Positions 8,504 through 17,929 are shown, numbered from the stretch's first letter. The stretch: DNA of 32,000 bases from Lewinellaceae bacterium (GCA_963838715.1 CAWISE010000009.1:611930-643929), one strand, 5' to 3'. The notes: a model not told the origin generated them from the letters alone. A program made the numbers and translations.

Positions 8504-9997
8504 TTACCGGCGGTGGTCGGAAAAATCAATTTCCAGCCGGCCCTCGTCCCGGCCCTCCAGCATACTTTCCTTTCCGGTCAGGAAGGCATCGACGGAGCGG
8601 GCACATTCCCGTCCCTCGGCGATGGCCCAGACCACGAGACTCTGGCCCCGGCGCATGTCCCCGGCGGCAAAGACCTTCGGGATACTGGTCTGGTAATTGT
8701 GTTCCGGGCTGGCGGCGACGTTCTTACGGGCATCCAGGCCGACGCCCAGTTTTTCCAGTAGTCCTTCGTGCTGGGGGTGCAGGAAACCGGCGGCAATCAG
8801 GAGGAGCTGACAGGGCAGCTCCCGTTCCGTCCCCTCGATCTTGACGAAGGTATTCCTCCCGGTCTGGTCCTTTCCCCAGCGGATATTGACGACCCGAACG
8901 GCGCGTAATTTTCCTTCCTCGTCGCCGAGAAACTCCTCGGTCAGCACGGCCCACTCCCGTTCGCAGCCCTCCTCGTGGCTGGTGGAGGTACGCAGGACCA
9001 TGGGCCAGTTCGGCCAGCTATCGGCGCTTCTGGTTTCGGGAGGCATGGCCATGATCTCGATCTGGGTAACGGCGTTCGCTCCCTGGCGGTTACTGGTGCC
9101 GACGCAGTCCGCTCCCGTATCTCCGCCACCGATGACGAGCACGTCCTTCCCGGCGGCGTGGATTTCGAATTCCTCGGTCAGGTCGTCACCGGCTACGCGT
9201 CGGTTGTTTTGCTCGAGGAAGTCCATTGCGAAGTGGACGCCCTGTAGCTCCGCGCCCTTCGCGGGAATGGCGCGGGGGATGGTGGACCCACCGGCAAGGA
9301 CGACCGCATCGTGCTCTTTCACCAGGGATTTTGCATCTACGTTCCCGCCCACGTTGGCGTTCACGCGGAACTTGATGCCCTCGGCCGCCAGCATATCCAC
9401 CCGCCGGTCGATGACCCATTTTTCCAGTTTGAAGTCGGGAATACCGTAGCGCAGCAGCCCCCCGATGCGGGAGGCCCGCTCGAAGACGGTCACCGAGTGT
9501 CCTGCCTTGTTGAGCTGGGCGGCCGTGGCCAGGCCGGCCGGGCCGGAGCCGATGACGGCTACCTTCTTTCCCGTGCGCATACTCGGCGGGGTCGGGCGGG
9601 CGTAGCCCCGCTTGAAGGCCTCCTCCACGATGGACTTCTCAATGTGTTCTATGGCTACCGCGGGCTGGTTGATGCCCAGCACGCAGGCCGTCTCGCAGGG
9701 GGCCGGACAGATGCGACCGGTGAATTCCGGGAAGTTGTTGGTGCTGGAGAGGATGTTGTAGGCTTCCCGCCAGTCTTCCTCGTAGACCGCGTCGTTGAAC
9801 TCCGGGATGATGTTGCCCAGGGGGCAGCCGGAGTGACAGAAGGGAACGCCGCAGTCCATGCACCGGCTGGCCTGGTTGACGGTGTGCTCCTCGGGCATGG
9901 GCTCGTAGAGTTCCTGCCAGTCGGTCTTGCGAATGGCGACGGGGCGCTTGGCGGGGAGTTGGCGGGTGTGTTTGAGGAAACCGGTTGGATCGGCCAT
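8504..9997 (-). CDS. gltD: Glutamate synthase small (beta) subunit, NAD(P)H-dependent
   Basis: ATG start. Fe-S cysteine clusters: [23 protein letters not shown] and [14 protein letters not shown]. Dinucleotide folds: [19 protein letters not shown] and [17 protein letters not shown]. It lies downstream of gltB on the same strand. Confidence 0.93.
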   Translation of the reverse strand: MADPTGFLKHTRQLPAKRPVAIRKTDWQELYEPMPEEHTVNQASRCMDCGVPFCHSGCPLGNIIPEFNDAVYEEDWREAYNILSSTNNFPEFTGRICPAPCETACVLGINQPAVAIEHIEKSIVEEAFKRGYARPTPPSMRTGKKVAVIGSGPAGLATAAQLNKAGHSVTVFERASRIGGLLRYGIPDFKLEKWVIDRRVDMLAAEGIKFRVNANVGGNVDAKSLVKEHDAVVLAGGSTIPRAIPAKGAELQGVHFAMDFLEQNNRRVAGDDLTEEFEIHAAGKDVLVIGGGDTGADCVGTSNRQGANAVTQIEIMAMPPETRSADSWPNWPMVLRTSTSHEEGCEREWAVLTEEFLGDEEGKLRAVRVVNIRWGKDQTGRNTFVKIEGTERELPCQLLLIAAGFLHPQHEGLLEKLGVGLDARKNVAASPEHNYQTSIPKVFAAGDMRRGQSLVVWAIAEGRECARSVDAFLTGKESMLEGRDEGRLEIDFSDHRR

Positions 9998-10061
9998 GGT
10001 CTTTGTTTTTTCGGGTCACGGAGAAGCGACAGAGTAGGATGGGATCGCTGCGCGATCTGCT

Positions 10062-10104
10062 GGTTCCGCAGAGTTTAGCGGAGGGAAGCAGAGTTCAGCG
10101 GAGC
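10062..10104. repeat. Left 43-nt arm of the inverted repeat bracketing the GxxExxY ORF
   Basis: GGTTCCGCAGAGTTTAGCGGAGGGAAGCAGAGTTCAGCGGAGC matches the reverse complement of 10631-10673 at 39/43 positions. The inner 26 nt (10079-10104 versus 10631-10656) are perfect. The arm contains an internal direct duplication, GCAGAGTT(T/C)AGCGGAG. Confidence 0.85.
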
Positions 10105-10161
10105 GTGGGAGAAGAGTTTGAAATCGCTGGCGCGATTCAGAAGTCAGCAGAGCAGGGTGTA

Positions 10162-10572
10162 CTACGGTGCATCTCGATGCTTGGCGTGTTTGTTTAGGTA
10201 CCGTTTCACTCCTTTGGGGTGAAGGCTTTCTTCCTTGAAGTTGAGTAGTAGTCCATATTTAATATTTGCAAATTTCAGGTAAGTCAAAATCTGGGCGGCA
10301 TGAACCGGAAGCAACTCGTCAACCACTTTGAGTTCCAGGATATAGCGGTTTTCGACGAGGATGTCAATTCGAAAAGCTTTGTCCAGGGTCAGTTCCTCAT
10401 AGATAATACCGATGGGCTTTTCTTCTTCAGCCCTCAGTCCTAGTTTTCGTAATTCATACGCTAAGCACTTACGGTATACGGACTCGAGTAATCCAGGACC
10501 GAGTGCCGTATGAATCTTGTAGGCACAACCTAAAATCTTATGAGATAATTCCGTGTCCGTCAAGTTCTTCAT
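10162..10572 (-). CDS. GxxExxY family protein (PD-(D/E)XK nuclease-like fold)
   Basis: ATG start, 136 aa. The eponymous motif is GPGLLESVY. It is followed by FRIDILVENRYILELK, a D...E-x-K-like pattern. The ORF is visibly more AT-rich than gltB and gltD (for example 26 G/C in 10261-10320) and shares their strand. Confidence 0.85.
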   Translation of the reverse strand: MKNLTDTELSHKILGCAYKIHTALGPGLLESVYRKCLAYELRKLGLRAEEEKPIGIIYEELTLDKAFRIDILVENRYILELKVVDELLPVHAAQILTYLKFANIKYGLLLNFKEESLHPKGVKRYLNKHAKHRDAP

Positions 10573-10630
10573 ATTTCATCTATCGTAGCTCTGCTAACTC
10601 CCGAGGGCGTAGCCCGAACTACTCATTTAT

Positions 10631-10673
10631 GCTCCGCTGAACTCTGCTTCCCTCCGTTCAACTCCGTGGAACC
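10631..10673. repeat. Right 43-nt arm of the inverted repeat bracketing the GxxExxY ORF
   Basis: GCTCCGCTGAACTCTGCTTCCCTCCGTTCAACTCCGTGGAACC. It begins 58 nt from the ORF start. The left arm ends 57 nt from the ORF stop. Confidence 0.85.
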
Positions 10674-10697
10674 AAAATAGGGCGGCAGCCCGCGCAA

Positions 10698-13600
10698 TCA
10701 CACCACCTGCGCCACCTTAACCCCCACCGCCGGCACCTCGCCCTTCCGCTCCAGCACCGCCCGGTAATCCCGCGGCATCACCTTCACGAATTGGCCGGAC
10801 ACGTTTGCCCAGTCGTTGAGCATATCCAGGGCCGTCTTGGAACTGGTGTAAGTAAAGTGGTTACGGACCATCTGCTTGAGCAGCGGTTGGTCGAAGTCGT
10901 TGAGGGGTTCGAGATCGGCCATATCGGTATTCAGGGAGGCCGCGAAGGTTCGGTCGGGATCGTAGACGTAAGCCATGCCACCCGACATACCGGCGCCGAA
11001 GTTCTTACCCGTCTCGCCCAAGACTACCACCAGCCCGCCGGTCATGTACTCACAACCGTGGTCCCCGAGGCCCTCCACGACGGCCTTGACGCCGGAGTTG
11101 CGCACGGCAAACCGCTCTCCGGCCATGCCCTTGATGTAGGCCTCGCCGCTGGTCGCCCCGTAGAAGGCGACGTTGCCGATGATGATGTTCTCGTGGGGGT
11201 CGAAGGTAGAATGGCGGTCGGGCACGACGATAAGGCGGCCGCCGGAGAGGCCCTTACCGAAGTAGTCATTGGCCTCTCCCTCCAGGAGAAACTCGATCCC
11301 CTTGGCCCCGAAGGCCCCGAAGCTCTGGCCGGCCGACCCCCGGAAGCGGAACTTGATGGCCCCGTCGGGCAGCCCCTCCCCGTGGAAGCGGCGGCTGATC
11401 TCGTTGGAGAGCATGGTGCCCACCGAACGGTCCGTATTCTTGATGTCGAAACTGCTGGTCACCGGTTCCATCTCGTCAAGCGTGGCCTGGGCGACCTGGA
11501 TGAGGCGGCGGTCGAGCACGTCTGCGATGCCGTGGTCCTGTTCCACTTGCTTGTAGAGACCGACGGTATCCTCGGCGACCTCCTTGTGCAGGATGGGACT
11601 CAGGTCCAGGCTGCGGTACTTCCAGTGCTCCAGGTCCTTGTTCATCTTGAGGTGGTCGACGCGGCCCACCATTTCGTTGACCGTCCGGAAGCCGAGGTCG
11701 GCCATGATGGAGCGCATATCCTCGGCCAGGAAGCGGAAGAAATTGATGACGTGCTCGGGCTTGCCGGTGAAGCGCTGCCGCAGTTCCGGGTTCTGGGTAG
11801 CGATCCCGACCGGGCAGGTATTGACGTGGCACTTCCGCATCATGATGCACCCCTCGACTACCAGGGCGGCGGTGGCGACGCCGTACTCCTCGGCTCCGAG
11901 CATGGTGGCGATCACCAGGTCGCGGCCGGTACGGATCTGCCCGTCCGTCTGGAGGGTGACCCGGTCCCGGAGCTTATTCTTCACCAGGGTCTGGTGACTC
12001 TCGGCCAGGCCCAGTTCCCAGGGCAGGCCGGCGTGGCGGATGGAACTCAGCGGACTGGCCCCGGTTCCGCCGTCGTGACCGGAGATCAGAATAGCGTCGG
12101 CGTGGGCCTTGGCGACCCCGGAGGCAATGATCCCAACGCCGGCCTTAGACACCAGCTTCACGTTGATGCGGGCGCGGCGGTTGGCGTTCTTCAGGTCGAA
12201 GATCAGCTGGGCTAAATCTTCGATGGAGTAAATATCGTGGTGGGGCGGCGGGCTGATCAGTCCTACTCCGGGGGTAGAATTCCGGACGCGGCCGATCCAG
12301 TCGTCGACCTTGTGACCGGGCAGGTGACCGCCCTCTCCGGGTTTAGCCCCCTGCGCCATTTTGATCTGGAGCTCGTCGGCATTCGTCAGGTAGTGGCTGG
12401 TCACGCCGAATCGGCCGGAGGCGACCTGCTTGATGGCCGAACGCATGTTCCGCCCCTGGTCGTCGAGTTCGAAGCGAACTTCGTCTTCCCCACCCTCTCC
12501 GGAATTGGAGCGGGCACCGATCTGGTTCATGGCGATGGCCAGGGTGGTGTGGGCCTCCCAACTGATGGAACCGAAGGACATGGCCCCGGTAGCAAAACGC
12601 TTCATGATGTTCTCCGCCGGTTCGACCTCCTCGAGGGGGATGGCTTCCGTTTTCCGGAAGGCCATCAGTCCGCGCAGGGTCAGGGCCCGTTCCGTCTGGT
12701 CATTGATCTCGTCGCGGTACTTTTCGTAGGCTTCCGCGTCGTTCTTACGGGCGGCGACCTGCAGGTAGTGAATACTCTTGGGGTTGAACATATGTGCTTC
12801 CCCCCGCCGCTTCCACTGGTAGACGCCGCCGACTTCCAGCTTTGGATTGGGAATCTGCTCGGCCGGGTAAGCCAGATCGTGGCGGACCAATACCTCGGAG
12901 GCCAGTCCGTCGTATCCTACTCCCTCGATCCTGCTGATGGACCCACGGAAGCACTCCCGGACCACCTTGTGATTTAGCCCGAGTATCTCAAAGATTTGCG
13001 CGCCCTGGTAACTCTGGAGGGTGGAAATACCGATCTTGGACATGATCTTCAGCAGCCCGTTGCCCATCGCCTTGCGGTAAATTCTGATGACCTCCTTCAG
13101 TTCGTACCCTTCCTCCTCAAAGACGTTGCGGGCGTGGAGATCGGCCAGGGCGGCGAAGGCCATGTAGGGGTTTACGGCGCTGGCTCCGTATCCGATCAGG
13201 GTAGCCAGGTGGTGGGTTTCGCGGATGTCTCCCCCCTCGATCACCAGGCTGGTCTTGGCCCGTAGCCCGAGTTCGACGAGGTGGTGGTGGATGGCTCCGG
13301 TGGCCAGCAGACTGGGTACCGGGGCGTTGTGACTGTCCGCCTCCCGGTCACTGACGATCAGGATATTGTACCCACTCCGGACCATCGACTCGGCCTGGGC
13401 CTTAATGTGTTCGACCGCGGCGTGCAGCCGGCCGGCCTGACCGTCGGCCCGAAACACGGAATTGATGACGGTCGCCCGGAAATTATCGTGGTGCAGGTCC
13501 CGCAGTTTGCTGACGTGATCGTTCGTCAGGACAGGAGAGTCCAGGTGTACGTAGGTGGCATTCTCAGGCCCCATCCTGGTGATATTGCTGGAACTGCCCA

Positions 13601-15251
13601 ACATGGCGAAGAGCGACATGACGCTGCGCTCCCGGATCGGGTCGATCGGGGGGTTCGTTACCTGGGCGAACAGCTGTTTGAAGTAATTCGCGATGTGCTG
13701 ACTCTGGAGCGACAGTACGGCCAGCGGGGTATCCGTACCCATCGAACCGATCGGGTCCTTGCCCGCCTTTACCATCGGCTGGAGCAGTACCGACAGGTCT
13801 TCCTTGGTGTATCCGAAGAGCTGGAGGCGCCGGAAGAGGGTCTTCTGGTCCATGCTGATCTCGGCCTTGCGGGAGAGCGGCAGGTCGCGGATGTCTACCC
13901 GACGGGCATCCAGCCACTCCCGGTACGGCAGTCTTTTACAAATGATCTCCTTGAGTTCCTGGTCGCCGATGATCCGGTGCTCGTCGAGGTCGGCAATCAG
14001 CATCCGGCCGGGCTGGAGGCGGCCTTTTTTCACCACCTTACTCTGATCGACCTTGAGGGCACCGGCCTCGGAGGCCACGATCAGGGTATTGTCTTCCAGC
14101 AGGCACCAGCGACTGGGCCGCAGTCCGTTCCGGTCCAGGGTAGCTCCGACCAGGATACCGTCGGTAAAACAGATGCTGGCCGGCCCGTCCCACGGTTCCA
14201 TCAGGGCTTTGGAGTAAGCGTAAAAGGCCTTCTTGAAGTCGGGCATGTCCGCGTCGTCCTGCCAGGCTTCGGGGATCATCATCATGAGGGCGTGCGGCAT
14301 GCTCAGTCCGTTCATGCAGAGGAACTCCAGGACGTTGTCGAAATTGGCGGAGTCGGAGAGGGCATCTCCGCAGACCGGGTAGATCATGTCCAGTTCCTCG
14401 GTGGTGAAACTGGATGTTTCCCGGATGAGGCTTTCCTTCGACTTCCACCAGTTGACGTTACCCTGTACGGTATTGATCTCTCCGTTGTGAGCGATCATCC
14501 GGAAGGGCTGGGCGAGTTTCCACTTCGGAACCGTATTGGTCGAAAACCGGCTGTGCACCAGGGCGATGGCCGACTCGTAACCGATGTCCTGTAAGTCGGC
14601 AAAGAAGCCCGGCAGCTGCCAGGTGGTAAGCTGCCCCTTGTAGACAATGGTCTTGTAACTGAAGGAGGCCAGGTAAAAATGATCCCGGGTTTCGGGATAG
14701 GTCACGTGGATACGGTGGGTGGCGAACTTACGCAGGACGTATAACTTCCGCTCCAGGGTCTTGGGTTCCAGGGTTTCCCGGGGGGTAACGAATACCTGCT
14801 CCATCCGGGGCTGGGCGCTTACGCTGGTCGGGCCTACTTCCTCGGCGTCCACGGGAACTTTGCGGTACACGATCACGTCGAACCCGAGTTCGTCGCAGTG
14901 GTCCTCGAAGGCGAAACGGCAGCGCTGGCTCAGTTCTTTGTCCGCCGGGAGAAACAGCTGCCCCACCCCGTAACTTCCGGGATCCGGTAACTCCTTGCCG
15001 AGTTCCGCCAACTTTCGCTTGAAGAATGCATGGGGAATTTGCGTGAGGATACCCGCCCCGTCACCACTGTTGGGCTCGCAGCCGCAGGCCCCCCGGTGTT
15101 CCATGTTGGCCAGCATCGACAGGGCATCCTTTACCGTCTTATGGCTGGCCTCCCCGTTCAGGTTGGCAATAAAACCGGTGCCACAGGCATCGGATTCAAG
15201 TTGGGGAGTGTAGAGGCCGGGTTCCCGGGGAGTATCAGCTGCGTAGCGCAT
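10698..15251 (-). CDS. gltB: Glutamate synthase large (alpha) subunit
   Basis: About 1517 aa from the ATG at 15251 (the track start at 15257 is a TTG two codons upstream). The N-terminal amidotransferase has the catalytic Cys (ESDACGTGFIANL). FMN/synthase domain motifs include ISPPPHHDIYSIEDLAQLI and SGHDGGTGASP. There is a C-terminal GXGXG domain. Confidence 0.95.
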   Translation of the reverse strand: MRYAADTPREPGLYTPQLESDACGTGFIANLNGEASHKTVKDALSMLANMEHRGACGCEPNSGDGAGILTQIPHAFFKRKLAELGKELPDPGSYGVGQLFLPADKELSQRCRFAFEDHCDELGFDVIVYRKVPVDAEEVGPTSVSAQPRMEQVFVTPRETLEPKTLERKLYVLRKFATHRIHVTYPETRDHFYLASFSYKTIVYKGQLTTWQLPGFFADLQDIGYESAIALVHSRFSTNTVPKWKLAQPFRMIAHNGEINTVQGNVNWWKSKESLIRETSSFTTEELDMIYPVCGDALSDSANFDNVLEFLCMNGLSMPHALMMMIPEAWQDDADMPDFKKAFYAYSKALMEPWDGPASICFTDGILVGATLDRNGLRPSRWCLLEDNTLIVASEAGALKVDQSKVVKKGRLQPGRMLIADLDEHRIIGDQELKEIICKRLPYREWLDARRVDIRDLPLSRKAEISMDQKTLFRRLQLFGYTKEDLSVLLQPMVKAGKDPIGSMGTDTPLAVLSLQSQHIANYFKQLFAQVTNPPIDPIRERSVMSLFAMLGSSSNITRMGPENATYVHLDSPVLTNDHVSKLRDLHHDNFRATVINSVFRADGQAGRLHAAVEHIKAQAESMVRSGYNILIVSDREADSHNAPVPSLLATGAIHHHLVELGLRAKTSLVIEGGDIRETHHLATLIGYGASAVNPYMAFAALADLHARNVFEEEGYELKEVIRIYRKAMGNGLLKIMSKIGISTLQSYQGAQIFEILGLNHKVVRECFRGSISRIEGVGYDGLASEVLVRHDLAYPAEQIPNPKLEVGGVYQWKRRGEAHMFNPKSIHYLQVAARKNDAEAYEKYRDEINDQTERALTLRGLMAFRKTEAIPLEEVEPAENIMKRFATGAMSFGSISWEAHTTLAIAMNQIGARSNSGEGGEDEVRFELDDQGRNMRSAIKQVASGRFGVTSHYLTNADELQIKMAQGAKPGEGGHLPGHKVDDWIGRVRNSTPGVGLISPPPHHDIYSIEDLAQLIFDLKNANRRARINVKLVSKAGVGIIASGVAKAHADAILISGHDGGTGASPLSSIRHAGLPWELGLAESHQTLVKNKLRDRVTLQTDGQIRTGRDLVIATMLGAEEYGVATAALVVEGCIMMRKCHVNTCPVGIATQNPELRQRFTGKPEHVINFFRFLAEDMRSIMADLGFRTVNEMVGRVDHLKMNKDLEHWKYRSLDLSPILHKEVAEDTVGLYKQVEQDHGIADVLDRRLIQVAQATLDEMEPVTSSFDIKNTDRSVGTMLSNEISRRFHGEGLPDGAIKFRFRGSAGQSFGAFGAKGIEFLLEGEANDYFGKGLSGGRLIVVPDRHSTFDPHENIIIGNVAFYGATSGEAYIKGMAGERFAVRNSGVKAVVEGLGDHGCEYMTGGLVVVLGETGKNFGAGMSGGMAYVYDPDRTFAASLNTDMADLEPLNDFDQPLLKQMVRNHFTYTSSKTALDMLNDWANVSGQFVKVMPRDYRAVLERKGEVPAVGVKVAQVV

Positions 15252-15427
15252 AGACAAGTTACGTTGACCGGCACGAAGCGCCGGCGGGGTCAGTAATTCT
15301 GGTCTTGCATGATCTGGTCGGGTCGGAGTACCTTAGTGTAAAGCAGGTGGTGATCGGGTACTCCTGACGGGCTAATATCGGTCTTTAGCCTAAAAAACTC
15401 GTGTTCCACGGGCGAACCACCCGAAGG

Positions 15428-15563
15428 AAAACTTACCAAGCAAAGATTAATACTTTTAAATATTCCGCTTAATCTTTTATTGAAAGAATAAAGTTTTGTT
15501 ATTTACTGTCAAAAAAGAATAAAAGCAAAAATTTTGCAAGCTAACATATTTTCAAAATAGTAA
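15428..15563 (-). promoter_or_regulatory. AT-rich island upstream of gltB, the probable promoter or regulatory region of gltB-(GxxExxY)-gltD
   Basis: 13 G/C in the 60 nt at 15481-15540, in an otherwise GC-rich window. It contains direct repeats: AAGAATAAAG at 15484-15493 and AAGAATAAAAG at 15515-25, and TTAATACTTTTA with TTAATCTTTTAT. No perfect TAnnTTTG box is found on the minus strand, so the exact promoter is not located. Confidence 0.3.
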
Positions 15564-15705
15564 TCCCTGCCGTGACACCCAGCGCATGACGAATGAAACT
15601 GAATTGTTCCACGGCTACGTTCAGGATGCCAACCCAGCGTTTGGCCGCCCTTCTCCGGCCCAGAAAAAAGCTCGATCGCAAGTGCGCGCGCAGACTCACC
15701 AGCAA

Positions 15706-17064
15706 CTAACGACGCACTACCCGCCGGACCAGAACGCCCCGCTCCGAGCTAAGCCGAATCATCAGTATCCCGCGCCCCGCGCCCCGCAGATCGATCGTCT
15801 GTCCGGCTCCCAACTCGGAGACCAGTAGTACCCGGCCGGTCGCATCAATCACCTCGGCACTTTCGAAACCGACCGGCGAGTCGATGCGCAACAGAGAACC
15901 GACGGGGTTCGGACTCAGCGTGGTGGCCTCCGCCACTTCGGCCGCCAGCACGCCACTCACGACATCCCCGTACTGAAACTGATGACTCTCCGTCTGCCCG
16001 TTGATGGTTACTTCGAAGGTCCACATCCCCTGACGGGCGGAAGTTCCGAGCAGGCGGGACCACCACCACCAGGAAGCGTTGTAATTGACACTAAAATCAT
16101 TGTTCCAGCGCTCCACTTCCGCCCCGGTCGGATCGATAAGGCGCAAACGGGCGGAACTGCCGGCTGCCTGGTCCTTCAGGTACAGCCCCAGGTAAACACG
16201 CTGCCCCAGCGCAAATTCATTGGAAATCGACGGCCGTTCGTTGCTCGCCGGGCAGCCATGCTCGGGAACCGCGGAGTGCGTCAGTACGGCGTTGATCGTT
16301 GTTTCCCGGTGGGGTTCCTGTTCGGCCCACCAGGAACTCCCGGTGGTTGCATTGCAGTCTCCGACGTAGGGGTCGATCAGGTCTCCCCCGGCGTCGTAGA
16401 GTTCCAGGTGGAGGTGGGGGCCACTACTCCGGCCAGAGCTGCCGACCACGCCGAGGTACTCTCCGGCGGCGACCCGGTCACCGACCTGCTTGCTCGTAAC
16501 GCTGTTTCGCTTCAGGTGCCCGTACCAGGCGACCGAGCCATCCGTGTGTTCGACGTAGACGGCATTCCAGCTTTGACTGCCCCAGGCGCAGTTATCATCC
16601 GCGTTGCCGTCCCGGCGGGAGATGACGGTACCGGGGGCGGCCGCTACAACCTGGACCAGGTCGTTTTCCTGCAGGTAGTGGGGGAAGGGCCAGGTAAAGT
16701 AATCCGTTCCCTTGTGCCCGTCGTACGTGCGATCGTTACAAAAGTAGTTCTCGTAACCGCTGGTCGCGTCGTGATCGACAAAGCCGGAGATCCCGTAGTA
16801 ATTCGGCCACGGCAGCGCAGGGCTGGCCGCCAGCGGCCACTCCAGGGAGACGGCCACGGCCGACCGTTGCCCGCCGGTCCGGTTACGGTCGATCTCCTCC
16901 CGGATCAGCAAGCGATCCGCTTCGGAAAGACAGGTTTCGTACTGACGCGGGAAGGGATATTCGCCGCCGCCCCCGGGGAGGACATCGTTAGCGGGAGACT
17001 GCGCACGGAGACAGAGAACCGGCAGGAGAGCCAGCAAGGACAAAAGAGCTTTAAAGGGGGGCAT
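15706..17064 (-). CDS. M23 family metallopeptidase with type A T9SS C-terminal sorting domain
   Basis: ATG start and signal peptide MPPFKALLSLLALLPVLCLRAQ. M23 zinc motifs are HKGTDY (HxxxD) and GSSGRSSGPHLHLELY (HxH). The C-terminus is LSPNPVGSLLRIDSP...ILMIRLSSERGVLVRRVVRR. Confidence 0.85.
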   Translation of the reverse strand: MPPFKALLSLLALLPVLCLRAQSPANDVLPGGGGEYPFPRQYETCLSEADRLLIREEIDRNRTGGQRSAVAVSLEWPLAASPALPWPNYYGISGFVDHDATSGYENYFCNDRTYDGHKGTDYFTWPFPHYLQENDLVQVVAAAPGTVISRRDGNADDNCAWGSQSWNAVYVEHTDGSVAWYGHLKRNSVTSKQVGDRVAAGEYLGVVGSSGRSSGPHLHLELYDAGGDLIDPYVGDCNATTGSSWWAEQEPHRETTINAVLTHSAVPEHGCPASNERPSISNEFALGQRVYLGLYLKDQAAGSSARLRLIDPTGAEVERWNNDFSVNYNASWWWWSRLLGTSARQGMWTFEVTINGQTESHQFQYGDVVSGVLAAEVAEATTLSPNPVGSLLRIDSPVGFESAEVIDATGRVLLVSELGAGQTIDLRGAGRGILMIRLSSERGVLVRRVVRR

Positions 17065-17083
17065 TAGGTGCTATTTCAGGGTG

Positions 17084-17881
17084 TTACCGTAAAATACACC
17101 GAAATCCCAAATGATTGAGTCCGCTGTCCGACGGCGTGAGTTGTTGCTGCTGAAGATTAAACCCCGTGCAGTAGCTGGTGCTGCACAGAAAGGAACCGCC
17201 CTTGATGATGTACTGGCCGGAGGCGGCGTCCTTCGTCGCCGTCCACTCCCAGACGTTGCCGGCGATGTCGTAAAGGCCATTCTCGGCGGGCGGAAACTGT
17301 TTTACCGCCGCGATCCCGGGAAAGCCGTCTTCGACCAGGTCCTCGTAGGGGAAATAGCCCTGCCACCAGTTACCCCGGTACACGCCACCGGGCAGCATTT
17401 CCTCCCCCCAGGGAAAATTGCGGTAACGGTCGCTCTGGGTGGCGGCGAACTGCCACTCCTCCGCGGTGGGGATTTCGCGGCCCCGCCACTCGGCGTAGGC
17501 CGTCACGTCCCGCATACTCAACTGCACGACGGGTTGGTCGGCGGCGGCCGGGAGGGAATCCGGCCCGAGGGGAAATTTCCAGGTTGCCCCCTCCACCGGC
17601 AGCCAGGCCAGGCTGTCTTTGTTGAAAACGCCCGACCAGCCGAAATCCTCCGCTTCCGTGACGTAATTCGTTGCCCGGACAAAGGATCCGAAATCCGCGA
17701 CCGTGACCTCCGTTTCCTCCAGGTAAAAACCCGGCTGACCGGCTTCGCCCGCGATCCATACCATGCCGTCCGGCGGAGGACCCGGGGGAGCCGACGGTCC
17801 CGTTTCACAGGAAAACACGGCACCTGCGACCGCGCCCGTTACTGAAATCAAAATAAGAAAATTACGGATGAGTATATTCAT
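17084..17881 (-). CDS. Formylglycine-generating-enzyme (SUMF1/FGE-sulfatase) fold lipoprotein
   Basis: The internal ATG at 17881 gives MNILIRNFLILISVTGAVAGAVFSC, a lipoprotein-type signal. FGE-fold motifs are GNVWEWT, GGSFLC and GFRC. The 132-codon extension to 18277 has no features and overlaps aguA antisense. Confidence 0.85.
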   Translation of the reverse strand: MNILIRNFLILISVTGAVAGAVFSCETGPSAPPGPPPDGMVWIAGEAGQPGFYLEETEVTVADFGSFVRATNYVTEAEDFGWSGVFNKDSLAWLPVEGATWKFPLGPDSLPAAADQPVVQLSMRDVTAYAEWRGREIPTAEEWQFAATQSDRYRNFPWGEEMLPGGVYRGNWWQGYFPYEDLVEDGFPGIAAVKQFPPAENGLYDIAGNVWEWTATKDAASGQYIIKGGSFLCSTSYCTGFNLQQQQLTPSDSGLNHLGFRCILR

Positions 17882-17929
17882 ATCAAAGTTACTGTTGCAA
17901 AGTAGCGCACGCGCCGTTATTTGTGCGCC

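Noticed and set aside
10791-14594. Very long plus-strand ORFs antisense to gltB (10791..12215 at 474 aa, 12237..12977, 13281..14594 at 437 aa).
   Set aside because: These are typical shadow ORFs of a high-GC gene. Their translations are low-complexity (G/A/V/D/H/L-rich) with no recognisable motifs. The opposite strand encodes an unmistakable glutamate synthase.
15586-15828. An 80-aa plus-strand ORF starting in the gltB upstream region.
   Set aside because: It overlaps the M23 peptidase 3' end by 123 nt on the opposite strand. It has a Pro/Gln/Ala-rich composition and no promoter, terminator or motif support.
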